Assembly: GCA_050613775.1 (NCBI GenBank)
Contig: JBODTK010000136.1
Coordinates: forward strand, 248,001-312,000
Direction: 5' to 3'
DNA length: 64,000 nucleotides
Source: Neocallimastix sp. 'constans'
Taxonomy: Eukaryota
Below are positions 1 through 15,412 of the stretch, piece after piece. The position numbers were made by a program, and so were the translations under genes. Below the pieces are notes generated by a model. The model saw only the letters and a list, made by a program, of their open reading frames with translations. It was not told the DNA's origin and ran no database searches. The first letter of the stretch is position 1. Each line of letters begins with the position of its first letter.

Positions 1-2
1 AT

Positions 3-758
3 GAAATATTTAATTTATGCGATGAATATATTCTGTTCGGAAATTCTGATGGCATGAATAATAATAACAATATAAGAAGTAATAATTCAAATGATTTTTC
101 AATTCAGTTAAAAAATCTTGAGAATGAACATGAAATATTAAAGAATGAATACGAAAATTATAAATCGAAGATGAATAATGATATAAAAGATAAAAAATTA
201 AAAATTAAAAATCAATTAAAAGAAATAAAGAAATTAAAAAAAGGTTATATTTCTCAAAAATATATAATAAATAATTTAAAAACAACCCTTAAAGATTTTA
301 AAAAAAATAATAGTATTAATTTACATACTAATAATTCAAATATAAATGGTAATGTTGAAATAAAGAATGATTCAGAAAAAAAAAATTCAAATGAATATGA
401 AAATGTTATTAAAATAAAAGATGAAGAAATTGATCGGCTTCAAAAATTATGTAATTCAATCACAATGAAAGAAGCTGAGAATGTTAAAGTATTATTAAAT
501 AAAATAAGACGAATAAAATTAGAAATAAAAAATAAAGAGAAAATAATTAATGCTCAAAAAGAAAAAATGGATAAGTATAATAAAAATATTGCTTTAAGAG
601 AAAAAGAAAAAGAACAAAAAAATACTGAATTACAATTTGTGTATTCTCAATTAAATGATTTAATAAATTCATATAAACTCTTAAAACAGGAAAGAGATAC
701 TCTAGCTGAGGAACTTTCATTAACTACTTCAAAATTAAATGCAATTAAATCTAAATAA
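3..758 (+). CDS. C-terminal part of a coiled-coil protein of unknown function (5'-partial)
   Basis: The frame of ORF 54..758 is open back to position 3 (EIFNLCDEYILFGNSDGM...), so the gene starts before the window. K/E/N/L-rich heptad-like sequence; stop at 756-758. Confidence 0.7.
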   Translation, partial: EIFNLCDEYILFGNSDGMNNNNNIRSNNSNDFSIQLKNLENEHEILKNEYENYKSKMNNDIKDKKLKIKNQLKEIKKLKKGYISQKYIINNLKTTLKDFKKNNSINLHTNNSNINGNVEIKNDSEKKNSNEYENVIKIKDEEIDRLQKLCNSITMKEAENVKVLLNKIRRIKLEIKNKEKIINAQKEKMDKYNKNIALREKEKEQKNTELQFVYSQLNDLINSYKLLKQERDTLAEELSLTTSKLNAIKSK

Positions 759-1640
759 AAAATTATCATTAAAATTTCAATTCTAATATAAATGGAAGAT
801 ATAATTTCATTTTATAATTTTTGTTATTAAATAAAAATTAATTTGTTCCTTTCATATTTTTTATATATAATCAACAATTAATTTTAAAATTTTTTTTCAT
901 TTTTCATTTCTTTTAATAATAAGTATAATTTAATTGTTCATTTAAATAATTTTATTAATAATATCAATTCAATATATTTTTTTTATTGTTTTTTAATATA
1001 CTAATATTATTCATATTTTATATATATGTATGTTTTTTCTTTTTACTATATTTGTACTATTAATTACTTGAAAGTCGGAAAGAAGAAATATAAAGCAAAT
1101 ATTTTTAATAAAATATATAAAATATATGATATAATCAATTGATTTTTTTTTTTGACTTCTTTATAATAATTTTATATTTTGTTTTTATATTTTTATATTT
1201 ATAATTTTTCTATTATTATGAATTAATTTTTTATTAATATTTTATTTATTTATTTTTATTTTTATATATTTATTTTTAAAGAATTATTAATTATTAAAAT
1301 AATTAAAAATTATTATTATATGTGTGATTAAAATTAAATAAAACTTACTTTATATAAGAAATAATTATTAAATATATATATATATATTAATTAATTCAAA
1401 ATATAAAATTTTAAAAAAAATAATAATAACCAAGTTTATAAAATTCAAAAAATAAAATTTTAAAATTTTAAAATGGGAAGTCTCATTGTTTTTATTTTTT
1501 TATTAATATTTTATTTATTTATTTTTATTTTAAAGTAATTATTTTTAAAATATTATTAATTATAAAAATAATTAAAAATTATTATTTTTTTTTTTAATTA
1601 TTATATATATATATAATATATATATTTTATAAATATCTTA

Positions 1641-5069
<3,429 letters not shown>

Positions 5070-8000
5070 GATTATTCAATTATTAAAATTACTTTTGAAT
5101 GTTATTTCGTTGAAATTAAAAATTTTTCTCAATATAATATTTGAGCTTTAAATATAATAATATATATATTTAGATAATAATAATAATAATAAAATTATTA
5201 TAATAATAATTATAATAATTTATAATAACATTAATTTTATCAATTTATTGGAATATTTATTAGTTAAATTAATTATGATATAGTCATATATATATATTTT
5301 TTTTAAAATTAATAATATATTTAATTATAATAATATTATTTACCTCTAATTTCAATGGTTATCTATTTATATTGATTATTATTTTTTATTATCAGTACTA
5401 TTATTAAATATTAGTATTGATATTATTATTAATACTATTATTAATCTTATTATTAATCTTATTATTATTATTATTATTATTATTTTAAAATAAAATAATA
5501 TTACATTTAATATTAAATGTATTATTTATTTTTTATATTACTGAACAAAAATTTTATACACTATAAGGAATAAAAGTTAAGAAAGGAAGAGAACAATAAA
5601 AAATATAATAATAATGGTGATGATAATTATAATAACTTTTTTTATATTATTTAAATATAATTATTATAATTGAATTTAAAAATAATTCTGTAGTTTTTTT
5701 CTTTTGTTTTATGCTTTTTTTTTTTTCCTTTTTTTTTTTTTTTTTAAAAAAAAAAAATATTAATAAAATATGCAACGAAAAAAAAGAAAGAAAGAAAAAA
5801 AAAAAAAACAATTTTTTTGATTTATGAATATATAATTACTATAAAATAAATATTTTATTGATAATAAAAGATTTAATACATAATTATTATAATTATTTCT
5901 ATAGTTTTGTTTTATAGAAAGAATGATGATCTAAATATAATTTAAATTAGTAATTATATAAATAAATATTTTATGTAATATTTTGAAATGAAGTTATTAG
6001 ATTTATTGGTTTTAATTCCTAGAATTTAGTTTTCCTTCAAAAATTTTTTTATATACAATCTTTTCATTTATTGTATTAATTTGATTTTTTTTTTTTTTAA
6101 ACTTTTATACATATATATGAAAAAATTTATATATGATATAAACAACAGAAATTTTTAAATGAAATTATATATTATTATATTTTGATATGATAGTAATAGT
6201 TAATCTTATTAATAAAATCTTTCTTTTGAATTCATTCAATATATATAATAATTATATAATATTTAAATAAATATATATAAATATATAACTATGGTGAATA
6301 TGAATATTTCATATATATTCCTCGAATCTTTAAATCACTGTTATTATGTTTTATATTTTTATTTTCATTTTTTTTTTTTTTTTTTTTTTCATTATATAAT
6401 TGTATAATTATATAATATTAATAATAATTATAATTTTTTTTTATTATTTTATTTTAATTCTTATTTTTATTTTTTTTATTTTTATTTTTTTTTTATTTTT
6501 ATTTTAAATATTTATTATTATTATTTTTTTTTTTTTTAATATTATAATTAAAAATAAAAAGATAAGATTTAAAACTTTAAAAAAAAATTCTAATTAAAAA
6601 TAATATATATTAGAATTAACTAATGATATTCTATCCATTTTATATCACATTTATAGTTAATTAAAAATTAAAATTTAAAAATATATAATCTATATAATCT
6701 CTATATATAAATATTATAAAAATATTTTTAAATAGGATATAATTTCATTATATGAAAAAGTTTAAAATTCTATTTACAAAAATAAATCATTACGTATGAT
6801 AAAAATAATTATTATTTTTAAAATAAATAAAAATTTTTTTTAATCTATACTATTTATTAAATGCATTTAATTTTATTATTATATAATTAAGTAATTAATT
6901 TTTTATAATTGAATAAAAAATATTTATAATTAATAGAAACCATATTTATAATTTTATAAAATTGATTTTATAATTACAGTTATTATTATAATTATTTAAT
7001 AATTATATTTTTAAAATAAAATATATATTTTAAAAAATATCTCATATAAAATATGTATTACACATAATTTAATAATTTGAATATTTTTATCATTAATATT
7101 TTCATCTCCATAATTATCATATTTATTAGGAATGAGACAATAAAAATTTTTCTTTCAATAGGCAATATAAATATGTATACATATATACAATTATATTTTT
7201 TTTTTTAATTAATATTTTCTATTCATTTTTAAAAAAGTATTAAAGAAATATTTAGTAAATTAAACACTTGCATATAAATTAAAAAATATATTTATATAAA
7301 TATAATAATTTTTTTTTTTTTAAAATTATAAGTTACTACTTACTTTTTAATATGTTGTACGTATAGATAAATTATAACAATAATGTCCTATATTTATAAT
7401 TTAAAATATTGAGAATTTTTTTATAAAAAAAAAATATAAATGTAATATACTTCAATTATTTTTAAAATAAGAATAATAAATGTAATAATAAACATAATAA
7501 TAAGCATAATAATAATAATAAAAAATAAAAATAAATTACAATAAATCTTAATTTATATAATTTTAGACTGATGATTTTTATACTTTATTAATGATTTTGG
7601 TATATATATAATGATTAATTAAAATTTTATTTTTCACTTTAGAATATATTAAAATTTTATTATAAATAGAATTTCAAAGAAATAAAAAAAGCATAAGGAG
7701 TGACAACTTTTATTTTATTTTTAATAGAATAAATAATTAATTAAATTTCATTAAATAATTGTAATTTTAATCAAATGAAATATAAATATATATATAATTG
7801 ATTATATAAAAATTACTTATTAAATAATATATCACTCTATCAATATTTTTTGGTTATTATTTTATTTATATAATAATAAAAAAAAAAAGTATTATTCGAT
7901 TTATGAGACAGAAAAGCTGTTAACAATTTTAAATTTATGTGATAAATATAATTATTAATATAATTTAATTCCTAATAATAGATTAAAAAGCTAAAAATTC

Positions 8001-9241
8001 ATATCTAATATTTTAAATAAACGAACGAACATATAAAAAAAAAAGTTTTATTATTAATTAAATATAGTTAATGATTTTTTAAATATAATAAAGTTATCAA
8101 ATATATTATTTAAAGTATTTAAAATTACATATAATTTATATATATTTATTTTTTTTATTAAATTTATTATTTTTATAAATCGAATAGCTTCTTTTTTTTC
8201 TTTTTTATCTTTATTTTTTTTTTTTTTTTTTTTTTTTAATAAATATGTAACTTCTCATTTAATGAATTATTTAGGTTATATACATTAATAAAATATTTAG
8301 AATAAATTATTAAAATATAATCACGAATTAATAAATTATATATATATTATTTAAAATAAAATTTTATTATAAAATTTTTATACTATATTAAAATAATAAA
8401 AACAATTATCACTAAAAAATATAAAATAAAAGAAATGATGTTCTAGTATATCATATTTAAGTAATTTTTAAGTTTTAAAATTAATGATTAACTCTAAATA
8501 AGGTTAAATCTAATATAATAAATTTTATAAATTAAGATTTATTTTTTTTCCATTTAATCATGGAAATTTTAAAATAAAAATGTTACACAAGAAATATTAA
8601 AATTAATATGAAAATAAAAACTAAAATTTTGCAATTCAAAAATTTTATTTATTATTTATTTATTAATATTAATATTTTGTATTATTTTATTAATATTAAA
8701 GTTAAACTGTTATTTTAATATTTTATTATAATTGCTTTTTTTATATATATATATTTTTACTACCTAGTTTTTAATTATATCATGATTTTATTTTTTGTGT
8801 TATTACATAAATGTTTCATGTAGGTCATATATGTCCCTTATCATAATTTATATAATAAATGATATCTTAATAATTCATAATATTTATACATAAAATTTAT
8901 ATGTTATTTTGTTTAAACAAGAATAATTTTCATATAATATATTTTAATTTCATAAAATATAAATATTCTTGTTTAAACAAAATAATAGTAGTTTTTTTTT
9001 TTTCCATATAGAAAATAATTATAATATATAACATTTATAATATTATTAAATTATTAAATTATTAAATTTTAAGTATAAAAATATAAAGAAAATATTGTTC
9101 AATAAAAAATATTTAAGGAAAACGTTGAAAATATAATTTATTATAATTATAATCATATATATAATTTTTTATATCAATATTTGTTTGTGATACAACAACA
9201 AAAATTTTACTAAATTGAAAATAAATATATATTTATAATTC

Positions 9242-9242
<1 letters not shown>

Positions 9243-9281
<39 letters not shown>

Positions 9282-9935
9282 TTATTTTATGGCCCAAATT
9301 ATTACAAACTTTAACTTTATTTATTTATTCATTTATTAATTACAAGAAAAAAATTTTATAATAAAAAAACACAAAATTAATAAAAAATAAATATTATTTG
9401 TCTAAATTGAACATAATAATATTTTAAATGGTAGTATGAAATAAAAGTAATATTTAAAATGAGATGTATAAATAATTTCAGAAAAACAATCATATGCAAC
9501 GAACCTCACTTCCAGATTATAAGATTTCGGGTTTAAAGGAATTCTTATTCTGGATTAGGGTTTTAAGTTAACAATTTGAAAGAAACCATGGTCTTTTCCT
9601 TCAGAGGCATTGGTACTGCTAGCCTGTCATACTGCATTTTTAAACGTTAATGCTCTTATTCCGTCGGAATATGTCGGAATAACAATCCTTGTCAAATACT
9701 AACCCTGGACATAATTTCTGTAAAGAGAGCCGAGAATATCATTTTAGAATAATCACCAGAAATGATTTTTCTTTTAAATAAAATATCCCAGTCCTTTTTA
9801 TAATTTAAATCAACAATGTCTGCATCTCTTCTACCAAGAAGGAAGTTATATACTTGGTACAACGTCATATATACATTTACACACTCATTATTCAGAAATT
9901 TACTAATATTAACATGATTTTCATCTATTGACCTA
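9243..9935 (-). mobile_element. 5'-truncated non-LTR retrotransposon (LINE) 3' end with poly(A) tail
   Basis: Minus strand has decayed coding sequence (VYNFLLGRRDADIVDLNYKKDWDILFKRK), then ~320 bp (9295-9613) homologous to 41985-42330, then a long A-tail (T-run ~9244-9279 on +). The other copy carries an AP-endonuclease remnant. Confidence 0.65.
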
Positions 9936-9953
9936 TTTACTAAAAATTTTTAA

Positions 9954-10024
9954 GGGACATTCTGGATTTGAACTGAAGACCTATTGATCTGTAGTCAATT
10001 GCTTTACCGTTGATTTAACATCCC
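9954..10024 (-). pseudogene. Degenerate tRNA-Cys (anticodon ACA, probably from GCA)
   Basis: Minus strand GGGATGTTAAATCAACGGTAAAGCAATTGACTACAGATCAATAGGTCTTCAGTTCAAATCCAGAATGTCCC. Acceptor stem GGGATGT/ATGTCCC, perfect anticodon stem ATTGA/TCAAT, GTTCAAATCC B box. D and T stems are broken. Confidence 0.75.
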
Positions 10025-10918
10025 TCTGTTTGGGTTTTGTGAAAGGAAAACTTTTGTTTAATTATCGACCTAATTTAGTGCAAAATTTTTTTGTTAAGAT
10101 TTTGATATATTTTATGTTTTAAATTTAAATAAAATAATATGTTTTATTAAAAATTTACTAAGTTGATATGTCTATATAGGAATAAGCTATATAGATATAT
10201 AAAAATAATAATAAATATTTAAATGGCTAATTAGAATTATTAAATTAATTTGAATTTAAAATTATTTATTTTATTTAATAATGAAATATCTATAATATAT
10301 TACTATTAAGGTAATTTTACAATAACCTTACAAAGAACATAAAAGTTAGATTTTTACATCTTGCTTTTATACTTTGTAAGTTATATAATAATAAAATATT
10401 AATAATATAGTAATATAAATATTAATAAGATATAAAGATAAATTTAATTATATAATTAATTTGAATAATTGAAATTAATATATATTATGTTTTTATATAT
10501 GTTTACAACATATATAAAAACATAATATAAATTGATATAAAACAAATATGTGTAGTAACATATTTGTATATTTAATAATAATTATTAAATATTAAATTTA
10601 TATCTTTTTGATAATAATTATTTTATTTTATTTTATTTCAATATATATTATTATAATTATAATAATTATAATACTTTAATTCATATAAAATTTATATAGT
10701 TCTATATATTAGAATATGTATTTAATATATTACCTATTTCTTATAAATTAAATTATTTATATTAGAAATAGAGAACTCTCTTGTAAATTTTTAGGAACTA
10801 GAATTATTATTTTAATTGTACGAATTTATAATTTTATTAATAAAATTTACTAAACTACCATTATTTAAAACCCACTGCTTATAAATTATTGCACATAAAA
10901 GTCCCGCATATCAAAAAT

Positions 10919-10935
10919 TGGTGGAGATATCGGTG
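10919..10935 (+). other. Primer-binding site complementary to a tRNA-Ala-type 3' end
   Basis: TGGTGGAGAT is the reverse complement of ATCTCCACCA, a typical tRNA-Ala 3' end, and lies 5 nt after the LTR-terminal CA. Confidence 0.65.
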
Positions 10936-11540
10936 ATGTGCAGTGTAAAAAGTAATTTATAAGTAGTGGTGTTTAGTAATTTTGTTAATTAATTATATAT
11001 CCGTATATATTTACATAAATTCTCTTCAGTTAGGATTAATTAAAATATACTGTTTAGGATATAAATTTTTAATTTTTTTTATTGGTTATTTATAGTTATA
11101 TTATCCTTGGTGAAGAGAAAGTTATACAATATATGTTATTTCATTCATTTTAGTATAATTTAATTAAATTGTTTTAAAATAAATAAATATTGGAAATAAA
11201 TATATATATATATTAATAATTTATTAATATAGTGTTAGTGTTAAAAGTAAGATAGTTTAAGTAGGATAATAATATTAATTAGAGATAGTGAAATAGTAAA
11301 AATATCGTTATTTTAATTAGCATTTAAGTGAATAATTTAAATAAAATCTATAATAGGAATATTATTTTAATTAAAATAAGAGTAGGAAGATATAAATAGT
11401 GTAGTTTAAAAGTGTTAACATTTTGGAATAAAATTACAATAGATATAAGTATAATAAGATAAAAATATTATTTATTTTAATAGTAGTATATTTAATAATA
11501 TTAAATAGTAGTACATTTTAAAAATAGATATAGAAATAAA

Positions 11541-12701
11541 ATGGATATTAATCAAGATAACCTAACAGAAAAATTACAATTGTTAAAATTGCTAATTCAA
11601 AAAGGCAGATTTGAAACTGGAGTTAGTGATGACGTGGATGAATTAGATGAGTTTGTAGAGGGTGAATCAATGGGAATATTAGCTCTTGTTGATAATAAGG
11701 AAGCTAGGTGTATTTTAAAAGGATACGTTGAAAATAATTTGGTAAATCGTAGTTTTCTGGAAAAATATATTCTTAATCATTGTATTGATGACTCAAGTAT
11801 TACTGGAATAACTAAACTTACAATTTTAAATTTAACTATTGGTGGTGTTCAAAAAAATGTAATATTCAGAGTAGTTGAGAAAGAAAATCCATTTTATGAT
11901 ATTAGTTTGAATTTTAAAACACAAAGAGAATTAGGAATTATTATTGACCCAAGCGACAATTTAATTCTTTTGAAACAAGGAACTTCTGAATTTAGAGTGG
12001 TAGCTGAACTTGAAAAATTATCTGTTTTAAATAAAAGAATCAATAAAAATGAAGAAAATAATAATAATAATAATAATAACATTTATAATAATAATAACAT
12101 TTATAATAATAATAACATTTATAATAATAATAACATTTATAATAATAATAACATTTATAATAATAACATTTATAATAATAATAACAATAATAGTAATAAA
12201 ATTAATAATACTAAAAATGACGAGGTTGATGACATAATAAACACGAAACTAAATAAATTAAACGCGTTAAAATTGGATAATTTCAGAGAAAATAATAAAT
12301 TAGTAAATAATAGTAATAGCAAATGTAAAACAAACAATAATATTATAATTACTAAAGAAAAAAAAAAAAATATTAAAGATAGTGCCAATATTAAGAAAAA
12401 TCAAAATAATAGTATTGAGATTAATAGTATTGTAATAATAAATAATAAGGAAAATATTAATTCAAATAGTAAAAATAAAAATATTATTAATAATTCTGAA
12501 AATATAAGAAATAAAATAAATAGTCATACAATTGTAAAAGAAGAAATAAATATCAATGAATATGTTAAAGTTGATAGCATTATCAATAGAATTAATAAAT
12601 CTATAACTTCTGGTTTGGTTACGGAAATAAATATTATTGATAGTAACAATTCAAAAGTAGATAATATTCAAATTACTTCAAATGCTAATAAAAATGAATA
12701 A
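11541..12701 (+). CDS. Element-encoded protein: degenerate retropepsin-like domain plus Asn/Lys/Ile-rich tail
   Basis: ILALVDNKEARCILKGYVENNLVNRSFLEKY...LNLTIGGVQKNVIFRVVEKENPFYDISLNFKTQRELGIIIDPSDNLILL follows the retroviral-type aspartic protease pattern but has KGY where D(T/S)G is expected. The same frame stays open after the TAA until 13013. Confidence 0.55.
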   Translation: MDINQDNLTEKLQLLKLLIQKGRFETGVSDDVDELDEFVEGESMGILALVDNKEARCILKGYVENNLVNRSFLEKYILNHCIDDSSITGITKLTILNLTIGGVQKNVIFRVVEKENPFYDISLNFKTQRELGIIIDPSDNLILLKQGTSEFRVVAELEKLSVLNKRINKNEENNNNNNNNIYNNNNIYNNNNIYNNNNIYNNNNIYNNNIYNNNNNNSNKINNTKNDEVDDIINTKLNKLNALKLDNFRENNKLVNNSNSKCKTNNNIIITKEKKKNIKDSANIKKNQNNSIEINSIVIINNKENINSNSKNKNIINNSENIRNKINSHTIVKEEININEYVKVDSIINRINKSITSGLVTEINIIDSNNSKVDNIQITSNANKNE

Positions 12702-13813
12702 TTTATAAAAAAAAATTATTCAGTTAATAATATTACTAATATAAAAGAAAGAAAAATTAATAATAATAATTCACCGGTTGATTTTAGTAATATTATAAAT
12801 ATAGATAGTGATAAGAAAATAAAAATTAATAAAATTAAAAAAATAATTAAAATTCCATATATTTATATTCAAAATAATAATAAAAATAAAATAAATATTT
12901 ATAAAATTATGATGCCCAAACCTGAAATCGCGTTAAAGGAGATTATTAAATATAGCAACAATCGCGTAGATACCAAACGGACAAATAGGAATTATAAATA
13001 TAAAAGAAAATAAAATTTTAAAATTATTATTTATTTTAATTAAACCTTATATTTTCTTTTATAAAAAAAAAATATTATAGTTTAATTTTTAGCAAGGGCA
13101 TTTCTGATATAAAACAAATATGTGTAGTAACATATTTGTTTTATATCAAGTGTAGAATTGAAATTAATTATTAATATAAACCTTATTTATTAATATTCTC
13201 AGAATTATTAGGCCTAAGATAACCCTTTAAATATTAAACAAGAATTTATATTAATTATTAATTAATTATATATTATTTATTATTAATAAATAAATAATAT
13301 TTTTAATTATTGAAATGTAAATAACTGAATTTGAGATTTCAATTCAGTTATAATTTCAACATTTTTTCAAAAATATATTAAATTTTTAATTTTTGATTTA
13401 TTCTTTTGAAATATTTCTTTTCTTTACAAAAAAAAAAAAAAAAAGGGATTACTTGGTTTTCTAAACGTGGGACTCCAACTTCATAATACTTCAACATTCA
13501 GATTACCTTGATAATTAGGGTAACTAATTGAATATTCTTTTTGATACTAACAATAAGTTAGTTAATATAAAAAAAATCTTAACGACATTACTTCTTCAAT
13601 CGTATTCTTCGATTCTAACAATAACAATCAACCTAATCTGTGTTATTGTTGAAGAACTACTGAAACTTACAGTGTAAGACTTTAACAAATTTTTACAAAT
13701 ATTTTTTTTTGGACCAATACTATGTAAATTATGTTTTCTTAATTAAGTAAATACTTTTATTTTCAAATATCAAATTTAAAAATTATTAATTTGCTTAACC
13801 AATTGTTCTACCA

Positions 13814-14352
13814 ATGGAAGATATCAATACTAACAACCCTATTTATATGGACGGATTTGATGGTGACCGTCGCTTCTTTAAAGGATTTCTTGCTAAGATG
13901 AATCTTATTTACATACTTTATCCCTAACGCTTTACTGAGAATGCAAATAAAATTATATATATATATATTATTTCTTATCGATATGGAAAAGCAATGAACT
14001 GGACTGCTTTCTTGATTGAAAAAAATGAAGATCCTTGCATTAATGATTATGATGTTTTTGTTGGAAGATTCAAAGCGACCTTCCGAAACAATGATGCTAC
14101 TTTTACCTCTAATCAAAAACTCCGAACTATTAAACAGAGATGTTTAGGTGATATTACTAACTACATATTAGAATTTAATATGTAGTTAGTAATATCACCT
14201 AAACATCTCTGTTTAATAGTTCATTTATTTATAGTTAGAATTTAATAAATATATCGATGACTCTTGGAATGAAAGAAGCTAAGAATGGAAGTCTTTCTTG
14301 CTGAACTTCAAGACCAAATAGTTACAAGGATTCTCGAAATGTTCCCTGGAAA
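13814..14352 (+). mobile_element. Ty3/gypsy gag relic (possible LTR/leader upstream from ~13152)
   Basis: MEDINTNNPIYMDGFDGDRRFFKGFLAKMNLIYILYP*RFTENANKII...SYRYGKAMNW...NQKLRTIKQRCLGDITNYILEFN...MEVFLAELQDQIVTRILEMFPG matches the PEG10/Ty3-type capsid pattern. Contains a stop, frameshifts and an inserted inverted duplication. Confidence 0.8.
14124..14222. repeat. Perfect 47-bp inverted repeat with 5-nt loop
   Basis: 14124-14170 (gaactattaaacagagatgtttaggtgatattactaactacatatta) is the exact reverse complement of 14176-14222. Confidence 0.95.
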
Positions 14353-14353
14353 A

Positions 14354-14393
<40 letters not shown>

Positions 14394-14645
14394 ATATTCC
14401 TTTTTCTTCAGATACTGATCATCCCGAAGTCGGTGAGAATTGGAGGTCATCAACAAATTCTCGGAAAAAAACTTTACCAATATCTATAAATATTTATAGC
14501 AATCATAACTAGCAAAGCTCAGTTCTTTGTCGTCAATTTATCATCTTACTGCGGTATACTCAGTGCTGCTGTGGTATACGACCTTTTATTTTTTTTGTTC
14601 CATTGTATTAAACCCTTCTGGTCCATGGCATAGGATTAAATTACT

Positions 14646-14680
<35 letters not shown>

Positions 14681-15028
14681 GCTTCGATTCTGGTGAAGTG
14701 AATTTCACGAACTTCACTACCTGCTTGCTTGGAACGCTTTATTACCTTCTTCTGTGGTCTTTCAAGGGAACATAAAAACTTCCAAACTTTTTTTTTTTTC
14801 ATAATTTTCTTATACTTGAGTTAGGAGTGTAAGTCGTTACATCCTTTGCTGTAGTTCTCATCACCGGGGGCTGCTTTTTTTTACAGTTTTTTTTTTTTTT
14901 TTTTACCTTTCCTGTAACTTTCTCTTTATTTTTATTTTTTTTGTCACTTGACTTGGGCTGGTTTTTTTTTTACCTTTTCTGTAACTTTCTTTTTATTTTT
15001 ATTTTTTTTTTTTTAACCTTTCCTATAA

Positions 15029-15061
<33 letters not shown>

Positions 15062-15098
15062 TGAGGTGTTTTTTTTTTTTTTTACCAGTTGTTTGTCC

Positions 15099-15236
15099 AT
15101 ATTCCGTAGGGTTTTTCTTAAATCTTTTCATTTTAAGAAGTAATATTTCCGTAGGGTTTTTCTTAAATCTTTTCATTTTATGAAGTAATATTTCCGTAGG
15201 GTTTTTTCTTAAATCATCATTTTAAAAAGTAATATT
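15099..15236. repeat. 45-bp tandem repeat, 3 copies
   Basis: ccgtagggtttttcttaaatc recurs at 15104, 15149 and 15194. Confidence 0.9.
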
Positions 15237-15371
15237 GCCACCCTCTAAAATTATATTTCTGGAGGGTTTTCCTAAAGTTCTTCCTACCTGGTGAAATCTA
15301 AAAAAAAAACTTTTTTTTGATTTCACCAGTAGAATTCCACCATCGATAATCGTATTATCGTATTGAATTTT

Positions 15372-15412
<41 letters not shown>

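Larger units (their letters stand above)
10533..13148 (+). mobile_element. Non-autonomous LTR retroelement (5' LTR, PBS, single ORF, PPT-like tract, collapsed 3' LTR)
   Basis: 5' LTR 10533-10913 has TGATAT...ATATCA termini. PBS TGGTGGAGATATCGG at 10919. Purine tract AGCAAGGG at 13091, then 13105-13139 is identical to the first 35 nt of the 5' LTR. No RT or integrase; no TSD seen. Confidence 0.72.

Noticed and set aside
1225..1590. ~100-bp direct repeat between the convergent genes as a mobile element
   Set aside because: Almost pure A/T with no termini or TSD; most likely a local duplication.
9954..10024. Functional tRNA-Cys(ACA)
   Set aside because: D and T stems are disrupted; it is most likely a mutated GCA gene.
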